This document shows, in pieces, positions 63,945 to 64,000 of a DNA stretch of 64,000 nt. Positions within the stretch are counted from its first letter, which is position 1. The number at the start of each line of letters is the position of its first letter. The position numbers were made by a program, and so were the translations under genes. The stretch is from Methanocellales archaeon. GTDB lineage: Archaea > Halobacteriota > UBA148 > JAUWXC01. Location of the stretch: assembly GCA_030018435.1 (NCBI GenBank), contig JASEEY010000002.1, forward strand, positions 28,544 to 92,543, read 5' to 3'. The notes under the pieces were generated by a model. That model ran no database searches. It was not told where the DNA came from and was given only the letters and a program-made list of their open reading frames with translations.

Positions 63945-64000
63945 CACTCGTGTCCTTCCATGATCTTCATATCAGTTCTGTCCTTAAAGGCGTCCACCGC
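63944..64000 (-). CDS. 3' end of an unidentified CDS entering from the window end
   Basis: AVDAFKDRTDMKIMEGHE* with TGATG coupling to the PhnP-like gene. Confidence 0.5.
   Translation of the reverse strand, partial: AVDAFKDRTDMKIMEGHE

Overview
Archaeal (euryarchaeal, probably Halobacteriota/methanogen-related) chromosomal core region. It carries the start of the rpl3/rpl4 operon; archease and rtcB with three tRNA genes (Ser-TGA and Lys-TTT intron-containing, Arg-CCG); the rpoH-rpoB(unsplit)-rpoA1-rpoA2-rpl30e-nusA-rps12-rps7-EF2-EF1a-rps10 cluster; RPA/RPAP/phosphoesterase/Lhr; mptA, Na/Pi transport and leuA; the exosome/proteasome/RNase P superoperon; methanogen-type SerRS; the KEOPS/eIF2g/rpoE cluster; an AT-richer oxidative-stress cluster with a frameshifted trxB; and four toxin-antitoxin pairs. 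Most notable non-routine observations: (1) an apparently leaderless uORF with three tandem Leu codons and a prfB-like CUU-U site whose +1 frame runs openly into leuA, a candidate leucine-sensing frameshift/attenuation system; (2) a probable intron nested inside the tRNA-Ser intron, directly upstream of rtcB; (3) a dispersed 22-23 bp repeat family built from GNA-triloop mini-hairpins at four loci; (4) a solitary integron attC-like site; (5) a naturally split Nal1-like serine protease; (6) a chimeric archease/antitoxin mini-ORF; (7) probable ATA start codons. All functional calls come from recognising motifs by eye; no database searches were run.
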